Shown one piece after another: positions 18,265 to 28,034 of a DNA stretch of 64,000 bases. The translations under genes and the position numbers were made by a program. The stretch spans positions 832,001 through 896,000 of the forward strand of contig CAVXKA010000003.1 in assembly GCA_963762255.1 (NCBI GenBank), in the 5' to 3' direction. Under the pieces are notes generated by a model that saw only the letters and a program-made list of their open reading frames with translations, did no database searches and was not told the origin of the DNA. This DNA is from Candidatus Eiseniibacteriota bacterium. GTDB lineage: Bacteria > Eisenbacteria > RBG-16-71-46 > JABDJR01. The stretch's first letter is position 1. Every line of letters starts with the position of its first letter.

Positions 18265-20430
18265 GTGACTGACACGTCTCGTTCCAACGACCACGCAAAC
18301 CTGGCCACCACGCTCACCCGGAGCTGGTGGCTGATCGCGCTCGCCGTCGGGCTCTTCGCGCTGGGCGCGTTCTGGCTCAGCATCCGCAGCCGCCCGTCGT
18401 ACGAGGCCCGGACCACCATTCGACTGAATCCTTCGGGTGAGACGGGGATGGCGGCCATGCTCCAGCCTCAGGCGCTGAGCGGTCGCATCGTCCTCATGGA
18501 CGACGAATTGGAAGTGCTGCGCAGTCGCTCCCTGGCCGAGGCGGTCCTCGAACGGGCGCGCCGCGGGAACGAGAACCTGTCGTTCCTGGACGGACTGGAC
18601 GACCAGCGTGCGCCGGAAGCCCTCCTGACGGCGGTCAGCGTCACCCCCATTCGCAAGAGCCAGCTCATCGAACTCAAGATCCGCGCCCCTCGGGCCGCCG
18701 AGGCGAGGGATCTCGTGAACCTTTACGCGGCCATCTACCAGGAGCGGAACCGGCAGGAGACACGAAGCGAAATCCGCAAGACCAAGGAGTTCCTGCAAGA
18801 GCAAGTGGACCTGGTCATGCGGCGCTTGGAACTCACCGAGGACGCGCTCAAGGACTACCGCACGAGCATGCGGGTGGCCGACCTCCGCGAGGACACCGAA
18901 ACGACGGTGTCCAAGATGGCCGAGTTCCGGGCCGACTACAACCGCGTGAGAGCGGACCTGCAGGCGGGGGAAGATCGCCTTCGGTATCTTCGCGACCGGC
19001 TGGCCGAGCGCCGCGCTACGTTGGTCGTGGATGTCCAGAACGTGGATGACGGTCTGGTTGAGAGCATGAGGCAGGACCTGGGTCGATTGGAGGCGGCTCG
19101 ATCCCGCCTGCTCGCCCAGGGTCTCTCACCGGATCACGAGAAGATGAAGGAAGTGGAGGCCCAGATCCAGCGCATCCGCAACCGGCTGGAAGTGGCCGCC
19201 AACACTGCGGCCCGGAGTCAGGGGACGTACGGGGACCCCGTGGGCGAATCCCAGGCGCTGGCCCGGGAGATCACCGCGCTCGAGGGTGACGTGCTGACCC
19301 TGCGCTCCCGGGGCGAAGCCCTTGCCCGCATCGTAGGCGGCTACGACGAAGATCTTCGCGAACTACCCACCGTGGCGCTGCAACTCGCTCGTCTCGAGCG
19401 GAACCGGGCCGCCGACGAGAAGATCCTGGCCATGCTGGCCGATCGCCTGGAAGAAGCCCGGATCCGTGAGGCGGGGCTGCTGGGACAAGTGACCATCGTG
19501 GACCCGGCGACGGTGCCCCTGTCACCCGTTTCGCCTCGTCCGTTCCGCGACACGGTCATGGGACTCCTCGCCGGCCTGTTGGTCGGCGTGGCGGTGGCCC
19601 TGACGCGGTCGCGCCTCGACGATCGACTGGAAAGCCTCGATGAACTGGAGCGCTTCCTCGGATCGAAGCCGCTCGGCGTACTCCCCCGCATTCAGCCGCA
19701 GGGAGAGGATGCCAAGAAGGGCCGGCTCATCCTCACCGACAAGGGATGGCTGCCGGCCTACGAGTCATATCGAAAAGTGTGGACCAACCTCCGGTTCGCG
19801 GTCGTAGACGAGGGTTGTCGGACGCTCTGCGTGACGTCCCCGATACCGTCGGAGGGCAAGAGCCTCACGTCGGTCAATCTCGCCCTCGTGGCGAGTGCCC
19901 GCGAGAACCGAGTGTTGCTTGTAGATGCCGACCTGCGCCGGCCCCAGGTGCACCGGCTCTTGGGTCTCTCGAACTCCTGCGGTCTCACCGACGTCCTGAC
20001 GGGATCGGTCCCTCTGGAGACCGCCGTTTCCCGGACCCGGTTCGACGGTCTCGATCTGCTCAGTTCCGGCCCGCTTCCCTCCAACCCGGGGGATCTTCTC
20101 GGCTCTCAGGCCATGGCCAAGCTGGTGGAGCGGCTGCGCGGGATGTACGACATCGTGATCATCGACACTCCGCCGGTGATTCCGTTCAGCGACGCTCTCG
20201 AGATCGGGAGACGTGTGGACGGCATCGTCCTGGTCGCGCGCATGGGTATGACCGGACGGCGCCTTCTCCGGGCCGCCATCGACACGATCGCCGGCTCGTC
20301 GACGCGCGTCCTCGGCGTGATTGCCAACGACTACAAGCGCGCGGGTAAGCGAGGCCTCCTGACTCGGGGATACGACTACCACTACGCCAATCCCGAGTAC
20401 GATTCCAAATCGAAGAAGCGAGCCGCCTGA
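18265..20430 (+). CDS. wzc: Wzc-type polysaccharide co-polymerase / tyrosine autokinase
   Basis: TM-coiled coil-TM, PVSPRP, VTSPIPSEGKS, VLLVDADLRRP, IIDTPP, Tyr-rich tail GYDYHY. Confidence 0.93.
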   Translation: MTDTSRSNDHANLATTLTRSWWLIALAVGLFALGAFWLSIRSRPSYEARTTIRLNPSGETGMAAMLQPQALSGRIVLMDDELEVLRSRSLAEAVLERARRGNENLSFLDGLDDQRAPEALLTAVSVTPIRKSQLIELKIRAPRAAEARDLVNLYAAIYQERNRQETRSEIRKTKEFLQEQVDLVMRRLELTEDALKDYRTSMRVADLREDTETTVSKMAEFRADYNRVRADLQAGEDRLRYLRDRLAERRATLVVDVQNVDDGLVESMRQDLGRLEAARSRLLAQGLSPDHEKMKEVEAQIQRIRNRLEVAANTAARSQGTYGDPVGESQALAREITALEGDVLTLRSRGEALARIVGGYDEDLRELPTVALQLARLERNRAADEKILAMLADRLEEARIREAGLLGQVTIVDPATVPLSPVSPRPFRDTVMGLLAGLLVGVAVALTRSRLDDRLESLDELERFLGSKPLGVLPRIQPQGEDAKKGRLILTDKGWLPAYESYRKVWTNLRFAVVDEGCRTLCVTSPIPSEGKSLTSVNLALVASARENRVLLVDADLRRPQVHRLLGLSNSCGLTDVLTGSVPLETAVSRTRFDGLDLLSSGPLPSNPGDLLGSQAMAKLVERLRGMYDIVIIDTPPVIPFSDALEIGRRVDGIVLVARMGMTGRRLLRAAIDTIAGSSTRVLGVIANDYKRAGKRGLLTRGYDYHYANPEYDSKSKKRAA

Positions 20431-21866
20431 TGGTGCGGCGCCTCGACCTGGTTCTCGCGTCATCCCTGGCCTTCACGGCCATGGTCTGCACCGCGTTGGG
20501 AGCCGGGAGCGTGGGGCCTGCCATCTTTCTCGTCCCGGCGGCCGCAGCAGTCCTGCTCGCGGCGGCGGTCTGCCTGGACTTGAAGCGACTCGTCCTGCTG
20601 TTCACCGCGGCAATGCTTGCTCTCGTCGCCTACGCTCCCGCCATCGGCGCGACGTCGGAGAACCTCCTCTTCAGCTTCCCTCTCTATGACGAAGTACAGG
20701 GAGGGATGACGCCCTTGGAGCTGATTCTGCTCGCGCTGCTGGCCTCGGCATTCGTCCTTCGAGTGCGCACCGGCCCCCTTCCGGGGGCAACGATTCCCCT
20801 GGTTCTGTTCATGGTGTTCGTATCACTCACCGCGGTGGCCCTCCTCCGCGGGCACGGTTCGGCCGCCTACACCGAACTCCGACTCCTCCTGCCGTTTTTC
20901 CTGAGCTTTACCATCGGTTGGCTTCTCCTCCCCGGCGCCCGCACGCTTCGATGGCTCGGCGTCGGGCTCCTGCTCGGAGTACTGGCCGGGGGGATCCGGG
21001 CAGTCCTCCTCCACACGCTCCATCTGGGATTCCGCTACGGAGATTTCCTTCGCGTATCTGTCGATACCGGAGACTATCTCTTCCAGGTCTTCGCTCTGGT
21101 GTGGCTCTTTGCGGCGTGGCTCACGGGAGGAAAGCGATGGGCGGCGCTCCTGCTTCCCCTCGTGACGGCAGCGCTCGTCTTCTCGTTCGCTCGAGGCGCG
21201 TGGATGGTGGCTCTGTGCGCCCTCTCGGCGGTAGTCGTCGCCGGCGTCGCGATGGGCCGGGGTCACGTGCGCCGGATCGGCTGGGCCATACCTCTGGCCG
21301 CAGCCTCGGTTCTCGCCGTCGCCGGGGTCACAGGCGAAGGCCGCCGGATGGAGGAACGCATCGCCACGGTCCTGGACTGGCGGGATCACGATCCCAACGT
21401 GTACCGCCTCATCGAGAGCCGAAACGCCTTGCAGAGTATCCAGGAACGACCGTGGTGGGGCGGCGGGCTGGGGGCGCGGTACCGCGGGGACGTGGCTCTC
21501 CGTCGCAGCGCCCACGTGCCCATCACGACCCTCGTTCACAACAACTTGCTGTGGCTCGGCCTCAAGGGGGGCATCACGCTTGCCGCCTCTTTCGTCACCC
21601 TGCTCCTGGCGCTGCTCTGGGCAAGCATGCGCCGAGGTCTCAAAGCGACCGAGCCCGACGCGCGCTTCTGGTATCTGGCTACCTTTGGGGTCCTCTGCGG
21701 GTACCTGGCCCTCTCCCTGGTGGGAGCGCTCCTGCAGCATGTGCGGGACAACGTGCTCCTCGGCCTTCTTCTGGGACTCGCGGCTGCGTCACTCCCGGAG
21801 ACCCTCAGGCATGGGGAATCGCCATCGCCCCGCGAGCTTAAGGCCGAGGCCGAACTCCGCCGATAA
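20430..21866 (+). CDS. O-antigen ligase / Wzy polymerase family membrane protein
   Basis: Multi-TM, FSFARGAW, RPWWGGGLG, VHNNLLWLGLKGG. Confidence 0.85.
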   Translation: MVRRLDLVLASSLAFTAMVCTALGAGSVGPAIFLVPAAAAVLLAAAVCLDLKRLVLLFTAAMLALVAYAPAIGATSENLLFSFPLYDEVQGGMTPLELILLALLASAFVLRVRTGPLPGATIPLVLFMVFVSLTAVALLRGHGSAAYTELRLLLPFFLSFTIGWLLLPGARTLRWLGVGLLLGVLAGGIRAVLLHTLHLGFRYGDFLRVSVDTGDYLFQVFALVWLFAAWLTGGKRWAALLLPLVTAALVFSFARGAWMVALCALSAVVVAGVAMGRGHVRRIGWAIPLAAASVLAVAGVTGEGRRMEERIATVLDWRDHDPNVYRLIESRNALQSIQERPWWGGGLGARYRGDVALRRSAHVPITTLVHNNLLWLGLKGGITLAASFVTLLLALLWASMRRGLKATEPDARFWYLATFGVLCGYLALSLVGALLQHVRDNVLLGLLLGLAAASLPETLRHGESPSPRELKAEAELRR

Positions 21867-21941
21867 CCGGGGTCCGGAAACAGAGAAGCGCGGAGGAGTC
21901 GGGGCATCGGAGCCCGTGTCGCCGCAAGTCAGGAGAGAACG

Positions 21942-22400
21942 ATGCAGGATGCCAATAAAGTAATCGCGCACTATCTCACCGGGGAACTGGTCAAGGGCAC
22001 GACCCACGATTTCTTTCCGACCCGTCCGACCTTTCACATCGAACTGGTGAACGGGAACGAGAATATCGAGATCCCCTGCAAGAGCCTCAAAGCCCTCTTC
22101 TTCGTGCGGGATTTTGCGGGCTCTCCCCGGCGCAACAACATACCCGGGTTCATCTCGGGGCCCGGCGAGACCGCGCACGGGAAGAAGATCACGGTCCGGT
22201 TCAAGGACGGAGAACTCCTCTGCGGCTACACGCTCACCTACTCGCCCGAGCGGGAGGGGTTCTTCGTGTTCCCCTCCGACGCGCAGAGCAACAACCTGCG
22301 CGTCTACGTTCTGGTCGCCTCCACGACGACGATCAAGACGGGCCCCGCCGCCGAAGCCCTCGCCAGGCAGGCACTGCAAAGCGGCGAGGCCGCTCGGTAG
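21942..22400 (+). CDS. Conserved hypothetical protein (DUF6982-like)
   Basis: NKVIAHY..GELVKG, LKALFFVRDF, GKKITVRFKDGE, GFFVFP; SD AGGAGA. Confidence 0.75.
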   Translation: MQDANKVIAHYLTGELVKGTTHDFFPTRPTFHIELVNGNENIEIPCKSLKALFFVRDFAGSPRRNNIPGFISGPGETAHGKKITVRFKDGELLCGYTLTYSPEREGFFVFPSDAQSNNLRVYVLVASTTTIKTGPAAEALARQALQSGEAAR

Positions 22401-22419
22401 GCGCGACCCGGCGGCCGCG

Positions 22420-24360
22420 CTAGCGCAGATCCACCTCCAACAGCCCGGCCAGCTCGGTGAGCGTCCGATCGAAACGGCTTAGCGCCGCTTCGATGGCGTC
22501 CGGCCGGGTGAGATCGACGCCGGCCCCGCGAAGCAGATCGAGCGGCGGCTCGCTGCACCCGCCCGACAGCATCTTGAGGTACGCCTGCACCGCGGGATCG
22601 CCCTGCTCCTTCACCCGCTCCGCGATGGCGATCCCCGACGAGAGCCCCGTCGCGTAGCTGTACATGTAGTACTTGTAGTAGAAGTGACCGACGTACGCCC
22701 ACTCCAGGCCGTCGTTCTCGTCCACGGTGAAACCCGGTCCGTAGTAGCGCTGTACCAGGCCGCGGTAGGTCTCGTCCAGCAGCGCGGCGGTGATCGGCGT
22801 CCCCTCTTCCACGAACCCGTGCACGAGACGTTCGAACTCGCTGAACAGGGTCTGGCGATAGATCGTGGTGCGAATGGTCTCGAGATCGCCCACCAGCAAG
22901 CCGATCTTCTCTTCCTTGGTCTTGGCGCGGGAGATGAGGTAGTCGGAGAGGAGCGCTTCGTTGCAGGTGGACGCGATCTCGGCCAGGAAGGGCACATAGC
23001 GATAGCCCTGATAGGGCTGGGCCTGCATCGACAGATAGCTGTGCAGAGCGTGGCCGAACTCGTGAGCCAGGGTCGACATGTCGTCCATCGAGTCCTGGTA
23101 GTTCATCTTCACGTAGGGATGGCGGCCGTAGACGCTCGCCGAGAACGCCCCGCTCTCCTTGTCGTTGCTCGGATAGAGATCGATCCACCCGGAGGCGGGG
23201 TCGAGGCCTTCCTTGAGTACCTTGCCGTACTCCTTACCAAGGGGCTTCAAGGCCTCCGGAATGACGCGAGCGGCCTCCGCGAAGGGCACCTTGACCTCGG
23301 CCGCTTCGGCGATGGGCACGTAGAGATCGTAGAGGTGCAGATCCTCGTACCCGAGGACCTTCTTGCGAAGCTCGACGTACCGGTGCAGCGGCTTCAGGTT
23401 GGCGTTGACGGCCCGGATCAGGTTGTCGTGCACCGCGGTGTCGATGTTGTCCTTGTCCATGTACGCTTCGAGCGCGGTATCGTAGTGCCGCGCGCGGGCG
23501 AACATCACGTCGAGCTCGAACTGGCCGGTCAGGGTGGCGGCGAAGGCGTGCTGGAAGCGGCGCAGGGTGGCGAAGAAGGCCGCCACCGCCTCGGCGCGCA
23601 CCTCCCGTTTGGGCGACGTGCGGAACCGGGTGTAGTTGGAGAGGGTGAGCTGGACCTCTTTGCCCTCTTCATCGTGAACGATCGGCCACGCGATGTCGGA
23701 GAGGAGCGCGTTGAACGTGTCCTCCGGGTTGGCGGGAAGCTCGTTCAGGTCGATCTCCGCCCAGAGGTTGTCCCCCGCCGACTGGAGGATCCGCTCGGCA
23801 TCCGCCTCGAGAACGCGCGCGCGGCGGCGGCGCAGACCGTCGAGGTAGCCGCGGTACTCGGCCGGCCCGTTCGGGGCGGCGTACGCGCGGGTCATCGCCG
23901 CGTCATCGAGGGAGAGCACCTCGAACCGGATGAAGCCTGCGGCGGCGGTGAGCTCGTCCATCACCGAGAGCGCCCGCTGATGCTTGGCCTGCAGCGATTC
24001 GTCGGTGAGCGTGGTGTTGAGCGAGAGAGACGCGTACTGCTGCGCGTGGGTGGCGCGATCGTGCAGTGAGAAGTAGAGGGCCAGGCATTCCTTCAGCGCC
24101 GTCGGGTCGCTCAGCTTTCCGCGATAGGGGGTCAGCTTGCCGACATCGGCCTGCAACGAGTTCAGCGCGATCTCCCAGGCCGCGTTCGATTCGAACAAGG
24201 GAGTCAGGCTCCACTTGTAGGCATCGGGCACCTGGTCCCGGCTGTGATTGGAGTCGGGGGTGTAGGCGGGGAGGGCGCCGGCGAGGACGGGCGCGGCGAG
24301 GAGCAGCGACGCCAGGATCGTCAGCGAGATGGACGCGGGGCGATGGGACGGCCGGAACAT
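22420..24360 (-). CDS. pepF: Oligoendopeptidase F (M3B) with signal peptide
   Basis: GWIDLYP, KESGAFS, HPYVKMNY, TLAHEFGHALHS, AEIASTCNE, RQTLFSEFE, YSYATG. Confidence 0.93.
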   Translation of the reverse strand: MFRPSHRPASISLTILASLLLAAPVLAGALPAYTPDSNHSRDQVPDAYKWSLTPLFESNAAWEIALNSLQADVGKLTPYRGKLSDPTALKECLALYFSLHDRATHAQQYASLSLNTTLTDESLQAKHQRALSVMDELTAAAGFIRFEVLSLDDAAMTRAYAAPNGPAEYRGYLDGLRRRRARVLEADAERILQSAGDNLWAEIDLNELPANPEDTFNALLSDIAWPIVHDEEGKEVQLTLSNYTRFRTSPKREVRAEAVAAFFATLRRFQHAFAATLTGQFELDVMFARARHYDTALEAYMDKDNIDTAVHDNLIRAVNANLKPLHRYVELRKKVLGYEDLHLYDLYVPIAEAAEVKVPFAEAARVIPEALKPLGKEYGKVLKEGLDPASGWIDLYPSNDKESGAFSASVYGRHPYVKMNYQDSMDDMSTLAHEFGHALHSYLSMQAQPYQGYRYVPFLAEIASTCNEALLSDYLISRAKTKEEKIGLLVGDLETIRTTIYRQTLFSEFERLVHGFVEEGTPITAALLDETYRGLVQRYYGPGFTVDENDGLEWAYVGHFYYKYYMYSYATGLSSGIAIAERVKEQGDPAVQAYLKMLSGGCSEPPLDLLRGAGVDLTRPDAIEAALSRFDRTLTELAGLLEVDLR

Positions 24361-24455
24361 GAAGAACCTCCTGGCAATGAGCTGCGGGCCGAAACTCGCG
24401 GGCCGGGCGGAGACGCTCCGCCGGGCCCGCCAACGAGAGAGATCCGCGGGACCGG

Positions 24456-25022
24456 TTACCGGTACAGCGCCTTGATTCCGCCCCAGGTCGCGTCTTCGAC
24501 AGGCGTGTTGCATGTCGCCGGCTGCGGCGCGATCCGGGTGCCGGAGGATTCCTCACGGGTGCACGAACCGGTGAGGAACTCGCATGCCCCCTCCCCGATG
24601 TAGGTCACGGTCAGCGTGGAGGTCGCCTGGTACGAGTCGGCGCTTCGCGTGCCGTGCACCACCGCCACGAAGCTGGCCGTGCAGCCCTCGATGATCTCCA
24701 TGGTCCACGTGCACTCCACGTCGATCTGCGTGTCTGAGATCGATCCCGTGCAGGCGAACCCTGTTTCGGGATCACCCAGGTAGACCGGATCGCCGGCGCA
24801 CATCGTGTCCGTGAAGGACTCGGAGTAGACCTCTTCCTGCGTGTCGCAGTCGTATCCGACGACATCCTCGGTCCAGATCCCCGCCCATGCCGCCGGCACG
24901 TTGTACTCGTCGTCCAGAGAGGATAGGGCGCCGGCCAGGGAGAGTTGCGGGACCCGTGCCAGGGTCACGGAAGGGATGATCAGGAACAGGACGCTAATGG
25001 ATAGGGCGATGTGTTTTCTCAT
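24456..25022 (-). CDS. Secreted Cys-containing protein with C-terminal TPVEDATWGGIKALYR tail
   Basis: MRKHIALSISVLFLIIPSVTLA signal, 8 Cys, TWGxxK tail. Confidence 0.8.
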   Translation of the reverse strand: MRKHIALSISVLFLIIPSVTLARVPQLSLAGALSSLDDEYNVPAAWAGIWTEDVVGYDCDTQEEVYSESFTDTMCAGDPVYLGDPETGFACTGSISDTQIDVECTWTMEIIEGCTASFVAVVHGTRSADSYQATSTLTVTYIGEGACEFLTGSCTREESSGTRIAPQPATCNTPVEDATWGGIKALYR

Positions 25023-25184
25023 TTCAAGCCTCACGAGGGTTAAGAGCCAACCGAAAGGGTAGCGGAACCCGCGCGCCATGACAATCCGGGGCCGCGCTTC
25101 CCCCGGTGCCGAACCGCCCCGGTTCGCGGTAGACTCCCGCCTCGGTGGCCGCGTCGGGAACCGTCCCGCAACCCCGGAGGCACG

Positions 25185-27473
25185 ATGGCGGATCGCAGAC
25201 CCTCGATGGCGTTCTCCCCCTATATCGATCCCCAGACCACGATCCGCGAGTTCACGATCCGCGGCCTCATCATGGGCACGCTCCTGGGGATGATCTTCGG
25301 GGCCTCATCCCTCTACCTGGTGCTCAAGGTGGGGCTCACGGTGAGCGCATCGATCCCGGTGGCGGTCATCTCCATCACGCTCTTCCGGCTCGCATCGAAG
25401 TTCCGCATGAAGGACGCCACCATCCTCGAGAACAACATCGTCCAGACCGCGGGAAGCGCCGGCGAGTCGATCGCGTTCGGGATCGGCGTGACCATGCCTG
25501 CCATCTTGATCCTGGGCTTCGATCTGGAACTCACGCGCGTCGCGTTGGTCGCGGTGTTGGGGAGTCTTCTCGGCATTCTGATGATGATCCCGCTGCGCCG
25601 AGCGCTCATCGTGGCCCAGCACGGCGTGCTCAAGTACCCCGAGGGGACGGCCTGCGCCGAAGTGTTGAAGGCCGGCGCCTCCGAAGAGTCGAAGGCGGCC
25701 TCCTCCGATGCGGCGAAGGCCGAGGCCCGGGCAGCGGAGGCGGCGGGGCTGGGCGCCGGCACCAGCGCCCGCACGATCTTCACCGGATTCGGGATCGGCC
25801 TTGCGTACAAGACCGCGATGTCGGCGTTCAAGCTCTGGAAGGACACCCCCGAGAGGATCTTCGGCGCGCCCTACCGAGCGGGTTCCCTTTCCGCCGAGAT
25901 CTCCCCCGAACTCCTGGGCGTGGGCTACATCATCGGCCCGCGCATCGCGTCCATCATGTGCGCGGGCGGCGTGATGGCCTACCTGCTCCTCATCCCCATG
26001 ATCAAGTTCTTCGGCGGAGAGTCGCCCGGCCCTCTCTCCCCCGGCACGGTGCCGATCGGCGAGATGAGCCCTTCGGCCATCCGTAGCGCCTACATCCTCT
26101 ACATCGGCGCGGGGGCGGTGACCGCCGGGGGCATCGTGAGCCTCGCCCGCTCGTTCCCCACCATCTGGCACGGCCTCCAGGAAGGGCTCAAGGACGTGCG
26201 GCTGAGCAAGCGGGGCGCCGCGTCGGTCGCGCGGACGCAGCAGGATCTCTCGGTAAAGGTCGTCGCCATCGGCTGCGTCCTCCTCCTGACCGCGATCACG
26301 CTCGCGCCGCAGCTCCACATGAACCTCCTCGGCGCGCTCCTCATCCTCGTCTTCGGCTTCCTCTTCGTGACCGTCTCCTCACGGCTGGTAGGTGAGATCG
26401 GCTCTTCATCGAACCCGATTTCGGGCATGACGGTGGCCACGCTCCTCTTCACCTGCCTCACGTTCCTCGCCATCGGATGGACCGGCCGGCCCTTCTACGT
26501 CACCGCGCTCTCGGTGGGGGCCATCGTCTGCATCGCCGCCTCCAATGGAGGCGCCACATCACAGGATCTGAAGACCGGATTCCTGGTGGGGGCCACACCG
26601 AGGTTCCAGCAGATCGCGATCGTGATCGGAGCGCTGGCCTCGGCGCTCATCCTCGGTCCCATCCTCCTGCGCTTGAACGACGCGGCGACGGTGTACGTGC
26701 CGGCAGCGGAGGTGGCGCCGGCCGGTCTCATCGCCCCCGCAGGCGCGTGGGGCGGCGAGCAGATGCTGACCGGTCCGCAAGGCAAAGACGACACGCGCGC
26801 CTACGCGGTGTGGCAGAAACTCGACGAGCAAGGCGGCCCCTCGGGTAAGTACCTGGTCGATCCCGGTAGCGGCCAGGCGGTTTACCTCGTCGACCCGGGC
26901 ATCAACGGAGTCCATCGCACGCGGCCGGACGGAACCACCGTCACCAAGTTCGACGCGCCCAAGGCGACCCTCATGAGCTACATCATCAAGGGGATCCTGG
27001 ACCGGCAGCTTCCATGGGGGCTGGTGCTCTTCGGGGTCATGATTGCCGTCATTCTCGAGATGGCGGGCATTCCTTCCCTCGCGTTCGCGGTCGGAGTCTA
27101 TCTTCCCCTGTCGTCCTCAGCGCCGATCCTGGTCGGCGGCTGGGTGCGCTGGCTCGTGGATCGGCGACGGCGCAAGAAGCTCGAGCATGCCGGCCTCACC
27201 GAAGAGCAGCTCGCCGCGGAAGGAGACAAGAGCGGGGGCGTGCTTATGGCCTCGGGGTACATCGCGGGGGGCGCGATCGCCGGGATCATCATCGCCTTCA
27301 TGGCGGGTGTGCTGAGCCGCACGGATCGCGGGCTCACCGATTGGGCGACGGCTCACAACCCGTTCTTCGGCGGACCGTCCGCAAACCTCCTCGCCCTGAT
27401 TCCGTTCTCAGTTCTGGTGGTGCTCCTCTACCTTACGGGGCGGGAGACGATCCTCAGCGGTCGGCGGAAGTAG
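25185..27473 (+). CDS. OPT-family oligopeptide transporter
   Basis: YLVLKVGLTVSASIP, ENNIVQT, LKYPEGTACAEVL, SSNPISG, SQDLKTG, APKATLM. Confidence 0.93.
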   Translation: MADRRPSMAFSPYIDPQTTIREFTIRGLIMGTLLGMIFGASSLYLVLKVGLTVSASIPVAVISITLFRLASKFRMKDATILENNIVQTAGSAGESIAFGIGVTMPAILILGFDLELTRVALVAVLGSLLGILMMIPLRRALIVAQHGVLKYPEGTACAEVLKAGASEESKAASSDAAKAEARAAEAAGLGAGTSARTIFTGFGIGLAYKTAMSAFKLWKDTPERIFGAPYRAGSLSAEISPELLGVGYIIGPRIASIMCAGGVMAYLLLIPMIKFFGGESPGPLSPGTVPIGEMSPSAIRSAYILYIGAGAVTAGGIVSLARSFPTIWHGLQEGLKDVRLSKRGAASVARTQQDLSVKVVAIGCVLLLTAITLAPQLHMNLLGALLILVFGFLFVTVSSRLVGEIGSSSNPISGMTVATLLFTCLTFLAIGWTGRPFYVTALSVGAIVCIAASNGGATSQDLKTGFLVGATPRFQQIAIVIGALASALILGPILLRLNDAATVYVPAAEVAPAGLIAPAGAWGGEQMLTGPQGKDDTRAYAVWQKLDEQGGPSGKYLVDPGSGQAVYLVDPGINGVHRTRPDGTTVTKFDAPKATLMSYIIKGILDRQLPWGLVLFGVMIAVILEMAGIPSLAFAVGVYLPLSSSAPILVGGWVRWLVDRRRRKKLEHAGLTEEQLAAEGDKSGGVLMASGYIAGGAIAGIIIAFMAGVLSRTDRGLTDWATAHNPFFGGPSANLLALIPFSVLVVLLYLTGRETILSGRRK

Positions 27474-27481
27474 AAGGCATC

Positions 27482-28018
27482 ATGGCGCGATCGGCGGTGC
27501 CTCTCGACCGGTTGACCCTCAGGTCGCTTCACGTCTGGGACGAACGGTGGTTCCTGCTGACCGCGGGCGATCACGCGGCCGGCGACTACAACACGATGAC
27601 CGTCTCCTGGGGGAGCTTCGGCACCGTGTGGAACCGTCCCTTCGCCCAGGCGCTGGTGCGGCATGGCCGCTACACCTACGGGTTCATGGAGCGCTACGAC
27701 ACCTTCACCCTCTCCTCGTTTCCTCCGAGGCATCGTGAGGCGCTGCGCGTGCTGGGCGCGCTGTCCGGTCGCGACGGCGACAAGATCGCCCGGGTGGGTC
27801 TGACTCCCGAGGCGTCGCAGCACGTGGCAGCTCCCTGCTTCGCCGAAGCGGATCTCGTCATCGAGTGCCGGAAGATCTACTGGCAGGACCTGGATCCCAC
27901 CCATTTCCTGGATCCGGATATCGCGCGGAACTATCCCGAGGCGGACTACCACCGCGTCTACTTCGGCGAGATCGTCGCGGTGTCCGCCGACCCGCGGAGC
28001 CTGGCCGCGGACGCGTGA
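27482..28018 (+). CDS. Flavin reductase-like protein
   Basis: WFLLTAG, NTMTVSWG, RYTYGF, SGRDGDK, LVIECRKIY, YHRVYFGEI. Confidence 0.88.
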   Translation: MARSAVPLDRLTLRSLHVWDERWFLLTAGDHAAGDYNTMTVSWGSFGTVWNRPFAQALVRHGRYTYGFMERYDTFTLSSFPPRHREALRVLGALSGRDGDKIARVGLTPEASQHVAAPCFAEADLVIECRKIYWQDLDPTHFLDPDIARNYPEADYHRVYFGEIVAVSADPRSLAADA

Positions 28019-28034
28019 ACTGCGCGGTGCGGAT

